Shown one piece after another: positions 35,237 to 53,829 of a stretch of 64,000 nucleotides of DNA. Every line of letters begins with the position of its first letter. Positions within the stretch are counted from its first letter, which is position 1. A model generated the notes under the pieces. It ran no database searches. It saw only the letters and a program-made list of their open reading frames with translations, and was not told the DNA's origin. The position numbers and the translations under genes were made by a program. Origin of the DNA: Octopus sinensis (Eukaryota); NCBI RefSeq assembly GCF_006345805.1, contig NC_043002.1, positions 3,224,001 through 3,288,000 on the forward strand, in the 5' to 3' direction.

Positions 35237-37779
35237 CTGTGAAAAAGCAACTAGCTATGCCACCAATCATTTGTTTTTATCTAATAAAACTGCTGTAGAA
35301 AACCAATTCTTTCTAATTCCCACCACCACAACAGATAAATCTATATTGCAGAGATTTCATACTCTAATCTGGAGTGATGACACTCAACCATGAAAAATAA
35401 TTAATTTTGCATCAATCATATTAATCTAAAAAAGGCAGTGCTTAATACATAAGAACCAGGAAACATTTTCAGTTGAAAAATTTCAATACTCTGCAAAGAA
35501 ATATTTAAAGAATCTCATCACAGCAGCATCACGTATCATGCCAAAACATTAACTGTTGATGGGAATCAGCCATTTCTTGGAAATATTCCGATGAACAGTT
35601 TTGTTTTTGTTTATTTTTTTTTTACAACAGAGCAATGCACAACTGAATTTGGTAATTTTAAAGAATATTTTGCAAATCAAAGCATTGCTGTCCATGATGG
35701 AAGTGTTTGTATGATTAAAGATTAACTGTTATTTGATGCAACAAACAATAATGAAGAAAAAGCTAGGCATCACTGAACAAATGAACATATAACAACATTT
35801 TAGAGTCCATGTAACTCTCTCTCCTCTGAGGAATGGTAACATTAAGTCAGATCGATCTATCGGTAGTGAAGAATTCAGAAATTGCTACGATGAAATCTCA
35901 AGTTTAACATTTTTCAATGTTCAAACACATTTTTAAAATTCTTTTTTTCTTTTCAAATTTGATATTAAAAGTAATTTCTCTACTAACTTAAAATTGGTCC
36001 CAGGTTTGCATTAAAAGAGCATTTTATGAAGAAATTTGTGATATTTAATAATTTTATACAAATAAGGTTTACAAAAAGATAACCCAAACTGGATGCATTC
36101 CAACATACTTCATGAAGCCAACTTATTTTTCCTTTTGTTTTTTGGTTTATTTTAAAAATTGTTACAAGTATTTTTTAATGAAAATCCATTCTAAATACTA
36201 AATTTTGAGCAACTTCAAAATACTTGGAAATCTTATAATTAATTTCACTATGTAAAAACAGAGCATTATAAAATTTTATAGATTTCAAGTCATTCATTAA
36301 GAGCTAAGTCTAACAAAAAACCAAACTAATGCTTAATACTTTAATCTAGAGTGAATTGGTGTTTTTATGCAACAAAATTTATGTTGGAATATATCTCAGT
36401 GCTGTTACATATGGAAGTCAAATTGATTCGTTCAGAAAGATTACTCCATTTAAAACAATACTAGATATAAGCCACAAAAGAAAGCAGAATGGAAGTTCAT
36501 GTAGAAAGTCTGCAGCGGTGAAAGAGTTCCTCTCAAAATTGTAGCTTACTCCAAAGTCATGCACACAAGCAAATACATGGGCAGTTTTATGGAAGCTTGC
36601 AGCTGCAATAAGCTACAATTTCAGGAGACTTGGGTCAAGTAAATCAATGCCTGGAATAAAGACTAATTTTTCATCCAAAATACAATTATTAAATATGCTG
36701 TACTTAACATTTACAGATTTCTATATTTCCATCTACAGCATTAATAATAGCTAATGTCTCAAACACAAACTTTTTGCTAAATAAAGTAGTATTTTTTTTA
36801 TTAAAATGTGCAGCAAATGTTTAAGAATTAAGTCCAATTCCTAAATTATGTATTTCTGATGATTTGGAACTTCCTTTTATTAAGGAGTAAAAAAAAAAAA
36901 AAAAAACACCCAAAAATCAAAATAAAAGAATTTGAAATACAAAGTCTTGTGTATCCGTGAACAATGACAGCTGTACTGCCGCTGCTACTAAAATATTCGT
37001 TTAAACAAATTAGACTTCCACAATGAGCAGATGTTTTCTTAATGTATACCCAATAGAAACAGAAATAACACACATTCTCAACGACTAATTTTCAATATTT
37101 TATTTTTTAGGGAGAAAAAATTTAAAAAAAAAAGTTTTAAAAAAATGGGTACATGCAAATTTTACTGCAGTTCGATGAAAATGACAGTTGTTTGATAACT
37201 GACTAGAAAAAATCAGCTATGACATAATGGTTTGTATCAAAAACATTTACAAACTATGGAAGTGTCTGTAAGACAATGTTCAAATATTCTGTATGGTCAC
37301 AGAAGATCACTAACACTGTCCATTTATGAGCTGTAGAAATAATAAGTAGTGAAAGACCAGAATCTAAAGAATCACAAACATGTTTTTCACAAATAACATG
37401 TGACTTATTACACTATGGAAAGAAGAAGAACACAACAAATATATTTGGAAAAAAATCTGGAAAGTCCATTGTTGTTTTGATAACCACCAAAGCTGAACTC
37501 AACATTCAAGGAAAGCAATAACAGTTCACAGAGAAACTAGTTTCACACTACTAGGCTCTAGCACCACCGTTTTTTTATCTCTTGCAGCTTTCTAGTGTGG
37601 AGTCCTAACAACAGTCAGCAAAGTGTTGTCACAAAACACCATCACAGTTGACAGTATTACATGAAAAGTAAACCTGACCAATACTTTGCCTTTGTACATT
37701 TTCTTAATATAATTAATATTTACGTATTATGCCAAAGCAGTGGGCAATGTCAAAGCTTAATTAGACCTAACACAACAAC

Positions 37780-37785
37780 TTTATT
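37780..37785 (-). terminator. polyadenylation signal of paralog 2 (proximal candidate)
   Basis: AATAAA followed by GU-rich GTTGTTGTGTT, about 440 nt into the exon, similar to the 485 nt in paralog 1. Confidence 0.55.
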
Positions 37786-38090
37786 ATTGTCTGTTTATAT
37801 TGAAAATTTCAAATCTAGCTTACACATCCCACTTCTAAACTACAAGCCAAATGATTAATATAGAAAATGTGTCAAAGTCTCATACATCTACGGCCAAATG
37901 TGACCCTTACGCTACGACTGTCACTTGAAAATGTCTTAAAATTGGAAAATGATGATCAAAGCCTGCTACCAAGTCATTTTTTTTTGTTCTGTTGTTTCTT
38001 CTTTTTATTGCATCTTTTTAAAAGTTTTTTTTTTTTAAATTTAGAGTGGTGTTCTTTGAGAGCCACCAATCTGCTTCTGCCCATTTCCTT

Positions 38091-38184
38091 GGTTACACTA
38101 AGTACAATCCTGCCTCTCTTGTGTCTCTCCTCAGTACTACTACAATTGCCTCTTGCCTGTCTCCACGGTTACACTAAGTACAAT
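38091..38184 (-). repeat. 18-nt perfect direct repeat in the paralog 2 3'UTR
   Basis: GGTTACACTAAGTACAAT at 38091-38108 and 38167-38184. Confidence 0.95.
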
Positions 38185-38696
38185 TCAAGCTAGCTGCCTC
38201 CGTTTCTGCACTGTAAAGCCTGCCTAAACATATCAAATAAAACAGATTAATATTTAAATGCATTTAAAAAATATCATCGCTAGAAAACTCTACACTAACA
38301 AGATACAAATATTGTTTTTATCAAGTTATCATAAAGGCTAATTATTTTGTCACTTCATTTAGCCTGCAATGAAAATGCCTAAGCTACCACCTAACTAGAC
38401 TGCAATCTATTTTAACATACTATTATTTTAGAAATTAAAATTAAATATTTTTAGGCAATACTGGTTTGTAAAAGCCTTTCCAGTAACATCCTTATTATTA
38501 AGAAATCTTCTCCTAAAAGAAGTGAAAAGAAATAAAGTAATCAACATTGCTTTTTTTTATATATATTATAAACCCTATTACTCTAATACATACTAAACTG
38601 GCTAAAATATCAATTTGAAACAGACCCTCAATCACACGGAAAAAATCGAAAACACAAAATACCTGAATGTTAAGTCGCTGCCAGGTTAGTTTTTTT

Positions 38697-45700
<7,004 letters not shown>

Positions 45701-45731
45701 TGTAAAGACTGGGAAGACAGGGTTTGAAGTT

Positions 45732-45741
45732 GACCAATCAG
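45732..45741. promoter_or_regulatory. NF-Y CCAAT box in the CpG-rich promoter of paralog 2
   Basis: GACCAATCAG fits the NF-Y consensus; surrounding region is CpG-rich. Confidence 0.6.
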
Positions 45742-47239
45742 AGCACGGCGCAACGACGCCCTCTGCCGGCAGAAGGAGCAATACAGAGACACAACCAAGG
45801 GCAGGTAACTCGCTAAACTGTAACCGTTTTAGACGGAAAATTTCAAATATAATAAAAACGATGTCGATTCGGTTTTATAAATAAAGTGTTGAATTGTATT
45901 GTGTTTTAGAGTGAATAATTAAATGGGGTTGAAAAGCAATGCCTGTGGTGTATGGTGAAAGTGTAAAATAAAAGTTTATATCCTTTCCGGTTTGTTTATC
46001 TTAATTAAAAGCCACGAGGTTGACTGCAAGAAGAAGAAGAAGAACATTCATCTACGTCGTAGTTTTTAGTTGCCTCATCACAAATAATTAAAACGTTTCT
46101 CAAATGATTTCCCAAAAACTATCTCCCATAACTGATTGAATTATGTAAAAACTAATAAATATCGAGTCGCCCACTAATAATACAACATATTTCTATTTAA
46201 TGGCTACAACGAAAGTCAATGCGTCATGAATCAACCTTAACAAACACAATAAATATTTATAATGTGACAAAGTGGACAGTATTTGTATCCCTCAGATAAT
46301 ACGTCGTAATAATCGATTCTATTATGAGGGGTGACTAGCATAACAAGGGAAATAAAGTGAAAGTAGATCTATGCCTTTCAACATGACATCAATTATTGAA
46401 ACAATGTTGGTCAGGTTTCAAATAGAAACCATATTTTTGGTTTTCTAATTTTTATTTACGCAAGATTATAATACAATCTCTAATGTTTTATTTATTTTGT
46501 ATTGAAATCTATATTCAAAATCGTATTTTTGCATCCTTAAATGTACCTACATCCTGAAACATATTTAAGCGGTTAAAAATTTGTGTGTGTGAAAGCAAAT
46601 GAGGTTTGAAATACAATTTTAAACTCGTAATGTTTAAAATTAATTGAATACGCTATTTATTGGAGTGTCTTGTTAAGTAATTCTATGATTTATCTTTACC
46701 TCAACAACAAATATTTTTATTAGGTCAAAACGATAAATAAAATAACCCATCCTTTAATTCAATTTATTAATATAATATTTTTTTAAAGGATGAGTTATAT
46801 ATAATTCACTCAATTTCACGCGGGAAAGTTCCTGAGAATAATTAAGTCAAAAATTAATTATGATTAATTTTGAAATTAATTATTCCGATATTACGAATTT
46901 AATTATCATTCAATCCCCACGTGTTGAATTAAAGTTTAAAAAATACTGAGAACGATGTCAGTTAAACTGGCATTCGATTTCCAGTTTTGTGCTTTTTTCA
47001 ATTCACTTGCGCCAGTTAACACCTGGGGTCATTCAGATCGATAATAAATTAATGATTGTTGAGGTTATGAAGCGGCATCATACCAACTGGAATTATTGGT
47101 AATGGTCATTTGGCCTGCGGCTGAATCCAGATTTGAAACGGCCAGTTACACACAGCCTAGGTCATAATGTATGTGGCTGTTGACGAAGCAAGGGTACGAG
47201 TTAATACAGGGCAGTGTTACAGAGAAATACCCTGGTCAA

Positions 47240-48040
47240 AAGTGAACCACTATTTCTGGCATTCATTGACTCAGAGAAAGCATCTAACACTCTGTAATTT
47301 GGAGCTCACTCAAGAAGCTAGCTGTTGATGAATGTCTTGTGAGGGCTGTACAAACTATGTATGCTGAAAGTGAGAGTCAACAGCAACTTCAGAGGTGAAC
47401 GTAGAAGCTCACCAAAGTTCCTCAGTTCTCTCCTATTCAACATAGTCCTGTAGACCATCACAAAAGAGTTCAAGACTAGCTGTCCATGACAACTCCTAAA
47501 TGCTGATGATGGAGTTCTCATAGTTGAATTGATAGGGAATAAGAGAAAAAATTCCAGTCATGGAAGCTAAATCTAGAATCAAGGGATCTAAAAGTAAACT
47601 TAAGACTAAGGTTTTAGTAAGTAAAACAAAAGCCAAAACTGTGGCATCTTCAGGAAAAATAGCTTTGCTTGATGTGGAGAAAAGAGGCAGACATAAACAT
47701 CTTATGTTGTACTCAATATAAGCTAGAGACACAAATGATGTAGAGGAATCACAGGCAGATAAACAGGAAAGGTAAGCTTCTTATGTGACTAATGCACTGA
47801 AGCAGTTTATACTATGAGTGCACTGAACATAAATTCTCAAAGATATGTGAACAACTCACTAGAAGAGGTCAATAGCTTTTATTACATATGAGATGAAAGT
47901 ATAATAACCAGGGTAAGAACAGGTTGAGAAGGTTCAGGTAGCTGTTGCTAATGCTGGCAACAAAAGTCTTGGCCTACAAAATAAAGGGCAGAGTGTATAT
48001 TTGTGTTAGACCTGCAATGCTGTACTATATGTTGATAGCT
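47240..48040 (+). mobile_element. old RTE LINE reverse transcriptase remnant
   Basis: LAFIDSEKA, LVRAVQTMY, SLLFNIVL, LLNADD fragments. Confidence 0.75.
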
Positions 48041-49320
48041 TCCGTTATCTAGGTGACCAAGTCAGTAGTGGGGGTGGGTGCACTGAAAGTGTAACTGCTA
48101 GAATAAGAATAGCCTGGGCAAAGTTTAGGGAGCTCTTACCCCTGCTGGTGACTAAAGGCCTCTCGCTCAGAGTAAAAGGCAGACTGTATGATGCGTGTGT
48201 ACGAACAGCCATGCTACATGGCAGTGAAACATGGGCCGTGACTGCCGAGGACATGCATAAGCTCGTGAGGAATGAAGCCAGTATGCTCCGATGGATGTGT
48301 AATGTCAGTGTACATACTCGACAGAGCGTTAGCACCTTGAGAGAAATGTTGTACCTAAGAGGCATCAGTTGTGGTGTGCAAGAGAGACGATTGCGCTGGT
48401 ATGGTCATGTGGCGAGAATGGATGAAGATAGGTGTGTGAGAAAGTGCCAATCCATAGCAGTTGAGGGAACCCTTGGAAGAGGTAGACCCAGGAAAACCTG
48501 GGACGAGGTGGTGAAGCACGACCTTCGAACTTTAGGCCTCACTGAGGAAATGACCAGCGACCGAGACCTTTGGAAATATTTTGTACGTGAGAAGACCAGG
48601 CAGGACAAGTGAGCCCAGCCCACTTATGAATGCCTTTCCTCCCTTGGACACAAAGACCTGTTGAGGCAAGCGAAGTCGATATAGAACCTCATCCGACGAC
48701 AGGCACCCATGCCAACCCCCCTTTGCTTGTGAAGACATGTTGGGGCAAGCGAAATCGAAATCGAAGTCAAAATCGAATTGAACCAGCCAGGATCCCTGGT
48801 CTGGTGGTACGTAAAAAGCACTATCCGACTCGTGGCCGATGCCAGCGCCGCCTCCACTGGCTTCTGTGCCGGTGGCACGTAAAATACACCAATCTGACCG
48901 TACGACAGCACCCATGCCAACCCCCTTGCTTGCGAAGACATGTTGGGGCAAGCGAAATCAAAATCGAATTTAACCAGCCAGGATCCCTGGTCTAGTGGTA
49001 CGTAAAAAGCACCATCTGACTCGTGGCCGATGCCAGCACTGCCTCGTCTGGCTTCCGTGCCGGTGGCACATAAAATACACCAATCCGACCGTGGCCGTTG
49101 CCAGCCTCGCCTGGCACCTGTGCAGGTGGCACGTAAAAAGCACCCACTACACTCACGGAGTGGTTGGCGTTAGGAAGGGCATCCAGCTGTAGAAACACTG
49201 CCAGATAAGACTGGAGCCTGGTGCAGCCTTCTGGCTTCCCAGATCCCCGGTCGAACTGTCCAACCCATGCTAGCATGGAGAACGGACGTTAAACGATGAT
49301 GATGATGATGATGATGATGT
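48040..49320 (+). mobile_element. younger 5'-truncated RTE LINE: ORF2 C-terminus, internally duplicated 3'UTR, (GAT)n tail
   Basis: ORF 48148..48612 (KGRLYDACVRTAMLHGSETW, RLRWYGHVARM, GRGRPRKTW). Confidence 0.92.
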
Positions 49321-50209
49321 GTGTGTATATATATATCATGTGATCGACCAGATTATTGGATGTTGTTATACATCACTGGTCACAATAAACTTTGCATCAT
49401 TTTAGCTTTTGAATGATCTCAGGCCAACATTCCTCCTGATTAGAAGACTAGTCTCTTGCAGGGTTATCCATTTATAGTTGAATGGACTGAGCAACATGAA
49501 ACGAAGTGCCTTTGCTGAAGAAAGCAACATGCCACCCAGTCTGGGAATTGAAACCATGATGTCACAATTGCGAGTGTGACACCCTAACCATTAGGTCACA
49601 TACACACACACCCAAAGAAGGCATGCTCCTGTACACAGTTTGTCCCTGGCAAACCTCTCCCCCACAACCCATCCTCCCAACACCTCCCCCCCGTCCCTCC
49701 ACCCAGCTTCACCACTTACTGCACTCCCTCCCCCTCTATCTCCCTTCACACCTTTGTGAACCCACCCACGCACAATCTATCCTCTTCATACTCACTTCCT
49801 CTTATTCTTCGTGTCCAATTACTACATATTAATGCTGCAAACTGCATGGTGACTGCAATTGTTCGGGTGGCAGGGAAAAGGAGCAACCAAACCATGCTGT
49901 GAAGCAGATGATATAAGGAAAGGCACCCAGCCATAGCAGTCACTGGAGCCTGGTGCAGAGTTCTTGGACACATTGATTCTTGTCAAAGCATGCAACCCAT
50001 GCCGGCATGTAAGATGGGCATTAAAAGATGATGAGGATAATGATGATGAATGTACTCATGTGTGTGTGTGTGTGTGTACCCTTCCTGTGAATTGAAAGTC
50101 AACTTGAATACAACAGAAGCTAATCTTCATGGATCAATAAAATTCAATTGGATATATAATGGAAATAGTCCGTATCAATGGAAATAGTCCATATCAATGG
50201 AAATAGTAG

Positions 50210-50535
50210 TTGTGATACCTGTGCCGGTGGCACATAAAAAAGCACCATCCGAACGTGGTCGTTGCCAGCGCCGCCTTGGCTGGCTTCCGTGCCGGTGGCA
50301 CGTTAAAAGCACCAACCGATCGTGGCCGATGCCAACCCCCCCTGGCACCTGTGCAGGTGGCACGTAAAAAGCACTCACTACACTCGCGGAGTGGTTGGCA
50401 TTAGGAAGGGCATCCAGCTGTAGAAATACTGCCAGATCAGACTGGAGCCTGGTGCAGCCCCTGGCTTCCCAGACCCCGGTCGAACCGTCCAACCCGTGCT
50501 AGCACAGAAAACGGACGTTAAACGATGATGATGAT
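50210..50535 (+). mobile_element. RTE 3'UTR copy with (GAT)n tail
   Basis: highly similar to 49000-49300; preceded by a 20-bp tandem CAATGGAAATAGTCC(A/G)TAT. Confidence 0.85.
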
Positions 50536-50829
50536 ATAAGTAATGGAAGAGAAAATATGTAACAATTAAAGAAATGAAAGAGAGAATAAATGTAAATCAC
50601 ATTTCTTTGGTGACAAAACCAACTCATCTGTCTGGCAATGGGTTTTGGTGGAAGGGACTAAATTACTTTTAATTTTTAGATTTAATGCTGCTCTATGCCT
50701 TCCATTTGAGGTCAATCAGTCATCATTTACAGTTGAATCCACCCTTAGGTCAAATTGTAGAGCCGAGAGAGAAGCATTGACAGACAGAAGGAGGAGGGAC
50801 AGAGAGAAGCTACCCATATGTTTCCATGG

Positions 50830-51400
50830 TATTTAACCGCATGAGAAATGACATCAAAATGGAGACAGCTTCAATAATCAAAGTAGTTCTATACTCTGGG
50901 AGTTTCTTTAGGTCTTCTTGCAAACAAACTTGCAACTTCAGTTCCCAATGATTCTGACAAATTTACAATGTACTTAAAGATAAATTACGCATTTTTGTTG
51001 TATTCCTCAATGGTAACAGGGTTCATATTTCCCATTTTATCCCAGAAGGTATGCAGTTTAAGTGATGAAGCAATCCATTTTATGGTATGCAGAAGTTGTT
51101 TTTGGGAGGGGAATTTATATTTAGGGAATTTACAGTTCCTAATCATATCAAGTATATCAGCTTTAAATTTGTTGAGCTGGGGATTGTGTGAAGAGTGTTT
51201 ATGGGGTCGAAGGTTGTACGTATTGGTGTTCTTATCTCTCTGGTTGTTATGGTTGTCATGGAAGATGGCTTTCCACTGCATTCTTTGGATGAGGTTCTTA
51301 GTTTTGGTGAGTAGGAGTAAGAGGAAAGTTTTTTTGTGAAGGAATAGGTATGTCCTTAACAGAGATGCCAAGAAATTGTTTATCCATTATATAAGTGTTA
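50830..51400 (-). mobile_element. Penelope-like element fragment (region upstream of RT)
   Basis: ORF 50985..51371 LIQRMQWKAIF..FKADILDMIRNCKF..WDKMGNM..EEYNK resembles the PLE IKRMRWKA region. Confidence 0.65.
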
Positions 51401-51649
51401 CCTGTAATAAGCACTTGTATTAGCAAGGATGCAATAACATGAGAGATATTGGAATCCAGAAGACCCGAGGTGGCAGGTAAAGGCTATGCAAGTGCTACAG
51501 AAGGACCGCCGTTAAATATTTGGTTTGATAATGATACGAGTCAAGAGTCTAATGCGGGTTTGGTATGAGCATGTATATGTTAAATAAATAAATATATAAA
51601 ATGAGACAACACTATATAAATTTAAATAGAGGTTAAAATAGATTACTTT

Positions 51650-51870
51650 ATACATACATATCTGCATTTTACCCTTGTATAGGTGCATGTATTTTTACAT
51701 ATATGCATATACTGTTACTTATATGTATGTATTATTACCTAAAAGTGTATATCTTGAATGTGTATGCATGCATATGAATGTATATATGTATGTATGTGTA
51801 TTCATATATGTATATATATATACATATACATGTCTATATGTATGTATATATGTGCACTGTGTATATATAA
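51650..51870. repeat. TA/TG-rich compound microsatellite
   Basis: (TA)n and (TGTA)n mixture. Confidence 0.85.
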
Positions 51871-52166
51871 TAAGACTGAGTTCCTTTCTTTTTTGCTTAT
51901 TTTATACTTCATCTATTTTTCATATTAATTCAATCAATTTCTTAAACAAGTTATAAAAGTAATCACTGATTTATTCTCACACTCATATGATGCTATTTTC
52001 ACTTTCCCCCACTCTCTGACATTTATTTACCAATTATTACCCTTATACAACCTGTTACGCCCTGGCCAAGGTTTATACCAATATTAGTAATTAAATGAGA
52101 TTCAGTTTGTTGAGATGCTTTGGAAGAATAACATGTATATAACCTAATGACATGACTTTTCTTTAC

Positions 52167-52249
52167 TTCCCTGATGAGATTTTGCTCACTAAAATGTTTT
52201 AATTACTGGAATTTAATTCTTTTGGGCAAAATCGAAACAGCTGTAAGAG
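52167..52249 (+). ncRNA. minimal type I hammerhead ribozyme motif (stem I partly decayed)
   Basis: CTGATGA 52171-77, 11-bp stem II (GATTTTGCTCA/TGGGCAAAATC), GAAA-C-AGCT-G-TA, C-A mismatch at the first stem I pair. Confidence 0.6.
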
Positions 52250-53430
52250 AACATGTTAAATTTTTGCAGTTGAGAAATTATATTAATGCTACTTCGCCAT
52301 TTTCTGGATTTTAATTTGTGTGTGTGTATCTATATATATATTAGATAGATAGATAGATACAAATATATACACAAGCATTTATGCATACAAATACATATAC
52401 CATCCATATGTGTGTGTCTGTCTATGCATTGTGTGTGTGTGCCATCCTCATCATATCATCACATCATCATCATCATTGTAATTGTTCAGTGTCTCTTTTC
52501 CATGCTGGCATGGGTTGAGTATTTTGATAGGAGTTGACAAGGCAGAGAACTGAACCAATCTCCTATGTCTCTTTTAATATGGTTTCTATAGCTGGATGAC
52601 CTTCCTGATGCCAACCACTTTACACAGTATACTGGGTGCTGTTTGCGCAGCACTGGTACCAGGTAACCTGCAAGACAAAATCCTTTAACTGAGGTGGATA
52701 TAAAGTGAGAGGGCCTTATGCCAGGTGATGAGAAGTTAAAGTATGACAGAGGGGTAGGAACAGGAGTCTTACTGTAAGAAGAGATACTTGGGTACCCCAG
52801 TTGGAAAGGGAGAGAAGATGATAATGAAGATGTGTTATGGTATACCCTCAAGTTACAGAAAGGGGTAAATATAAGGGAAATGGTCGAGAGGAATTGGACA
52901 GGGGGAATGGATGGATAAGTTTGTGAGAATGTGAAAGGAGAGTAGCAGATGGATAGAGATGAGGATAAAGGTGAATGGAGTTATGGTCGATAGTGAATAT
53001 GAATTTGGGAGAGAGAAGTTGGAGGAAATAAGTTTAGGTGAAAGAGGTGATAGGTGCAAGCACAAGTGATGTGGAGTGTGGGTAGTGTGTGAGAGAGGCA
53101 CAATGCCATGGATGAAGTCAGAGGTAGATAGAGGAGTGGATCTTAGCAGTGGAATTTCCTAGGGCATTCAGCTGAAAAGAATGAAGTTGAGTATATCAGA
53201 AACAAAGTAAAATAGATCGAGGAAGGGAGAGTGGGAATACAGACAGGTGGGGGGGGGTGAAATATGTTCAGTTTTACTCTCGTATAGTTACAACAGTTGA
53301 ATGATTAGTGCCTTAGTCAGGAGAGTGATGGAAGGATGGGTGTTAAGAAGGTGAGTGAAGGACAAGAGATGCGTCAGGGACAGACAGGGGCAGGGGCATA
53401 CACATACATGATGTATATGTATGTATGTAA

Positions 53431-53735
53431 GGCTTAGTGGTTAGAGCGTTGGGCTCATAATCATGAGGCTGTAAGTTCGATTCCTGGATTGGGCTGTGTG
53501 TTGTGTTCTTGAGCAACATACTCCAGTTCACTCACGAGTAGAAATAAGGAGTTGCAGCATCACTGGTGTCGAGCTGTATCGGCCCCTTTGCCTTTCCCTT
53601 GGATAATATTAGTGGGGTGGAGAAGGGAGACCGGTATGCATAGGTGAGTGCCGGTCTTCCATAAGCAACCTTGCCCAGACTTGTGCCTCGGAGGGGGATT
53701 TCTAGGTGCAATCACATGGTCATTCATGACTGATG
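53431..53735 (+). mobile_element. tRNA-derived SINE
   Basis: A-box GGCTTAGTGGTTAG, B-box GTTCGATTCC, then non-tRNA body. Confidence 0.7.
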
Positions 53736-53829
53736 GGGGTCTTCACCCTGTGCTGTCCAGTTGTGTGTATGTGTGTTTGTGTGCGTGCACATATATAAAT
53801 ATGCACACATATATATGTTCATGGCTTCC

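Larger units (their letters stand above)
37760..38223 (-). other. paralog 2 3'UTR exon (proximal end); may extend several kb
   Basis: tandem acceptor ttag|GCAG|GCTT homologous to paralog 1; AATAAA at 38009-38004 and 37785-37780. Confidence 0.75.

Noticed and set aside
35469-35520. Minus-strand C box and D box pair
   Set aside because: Only about 52 nt apart with no terminal stem
48698-49145. CRISPR-like regularly spaced repeats
   Set aside because: The spacers are themselves homologous and the array is the 3'UTR of a eukaryotic LINE; no cas genes
53431-53500. tRNA gene
   Set aside because: A and B boxes are present but there is no cloverleaf or acceptor stem; it continues into a SINE body. 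The same holds for the other tRNA-like heads
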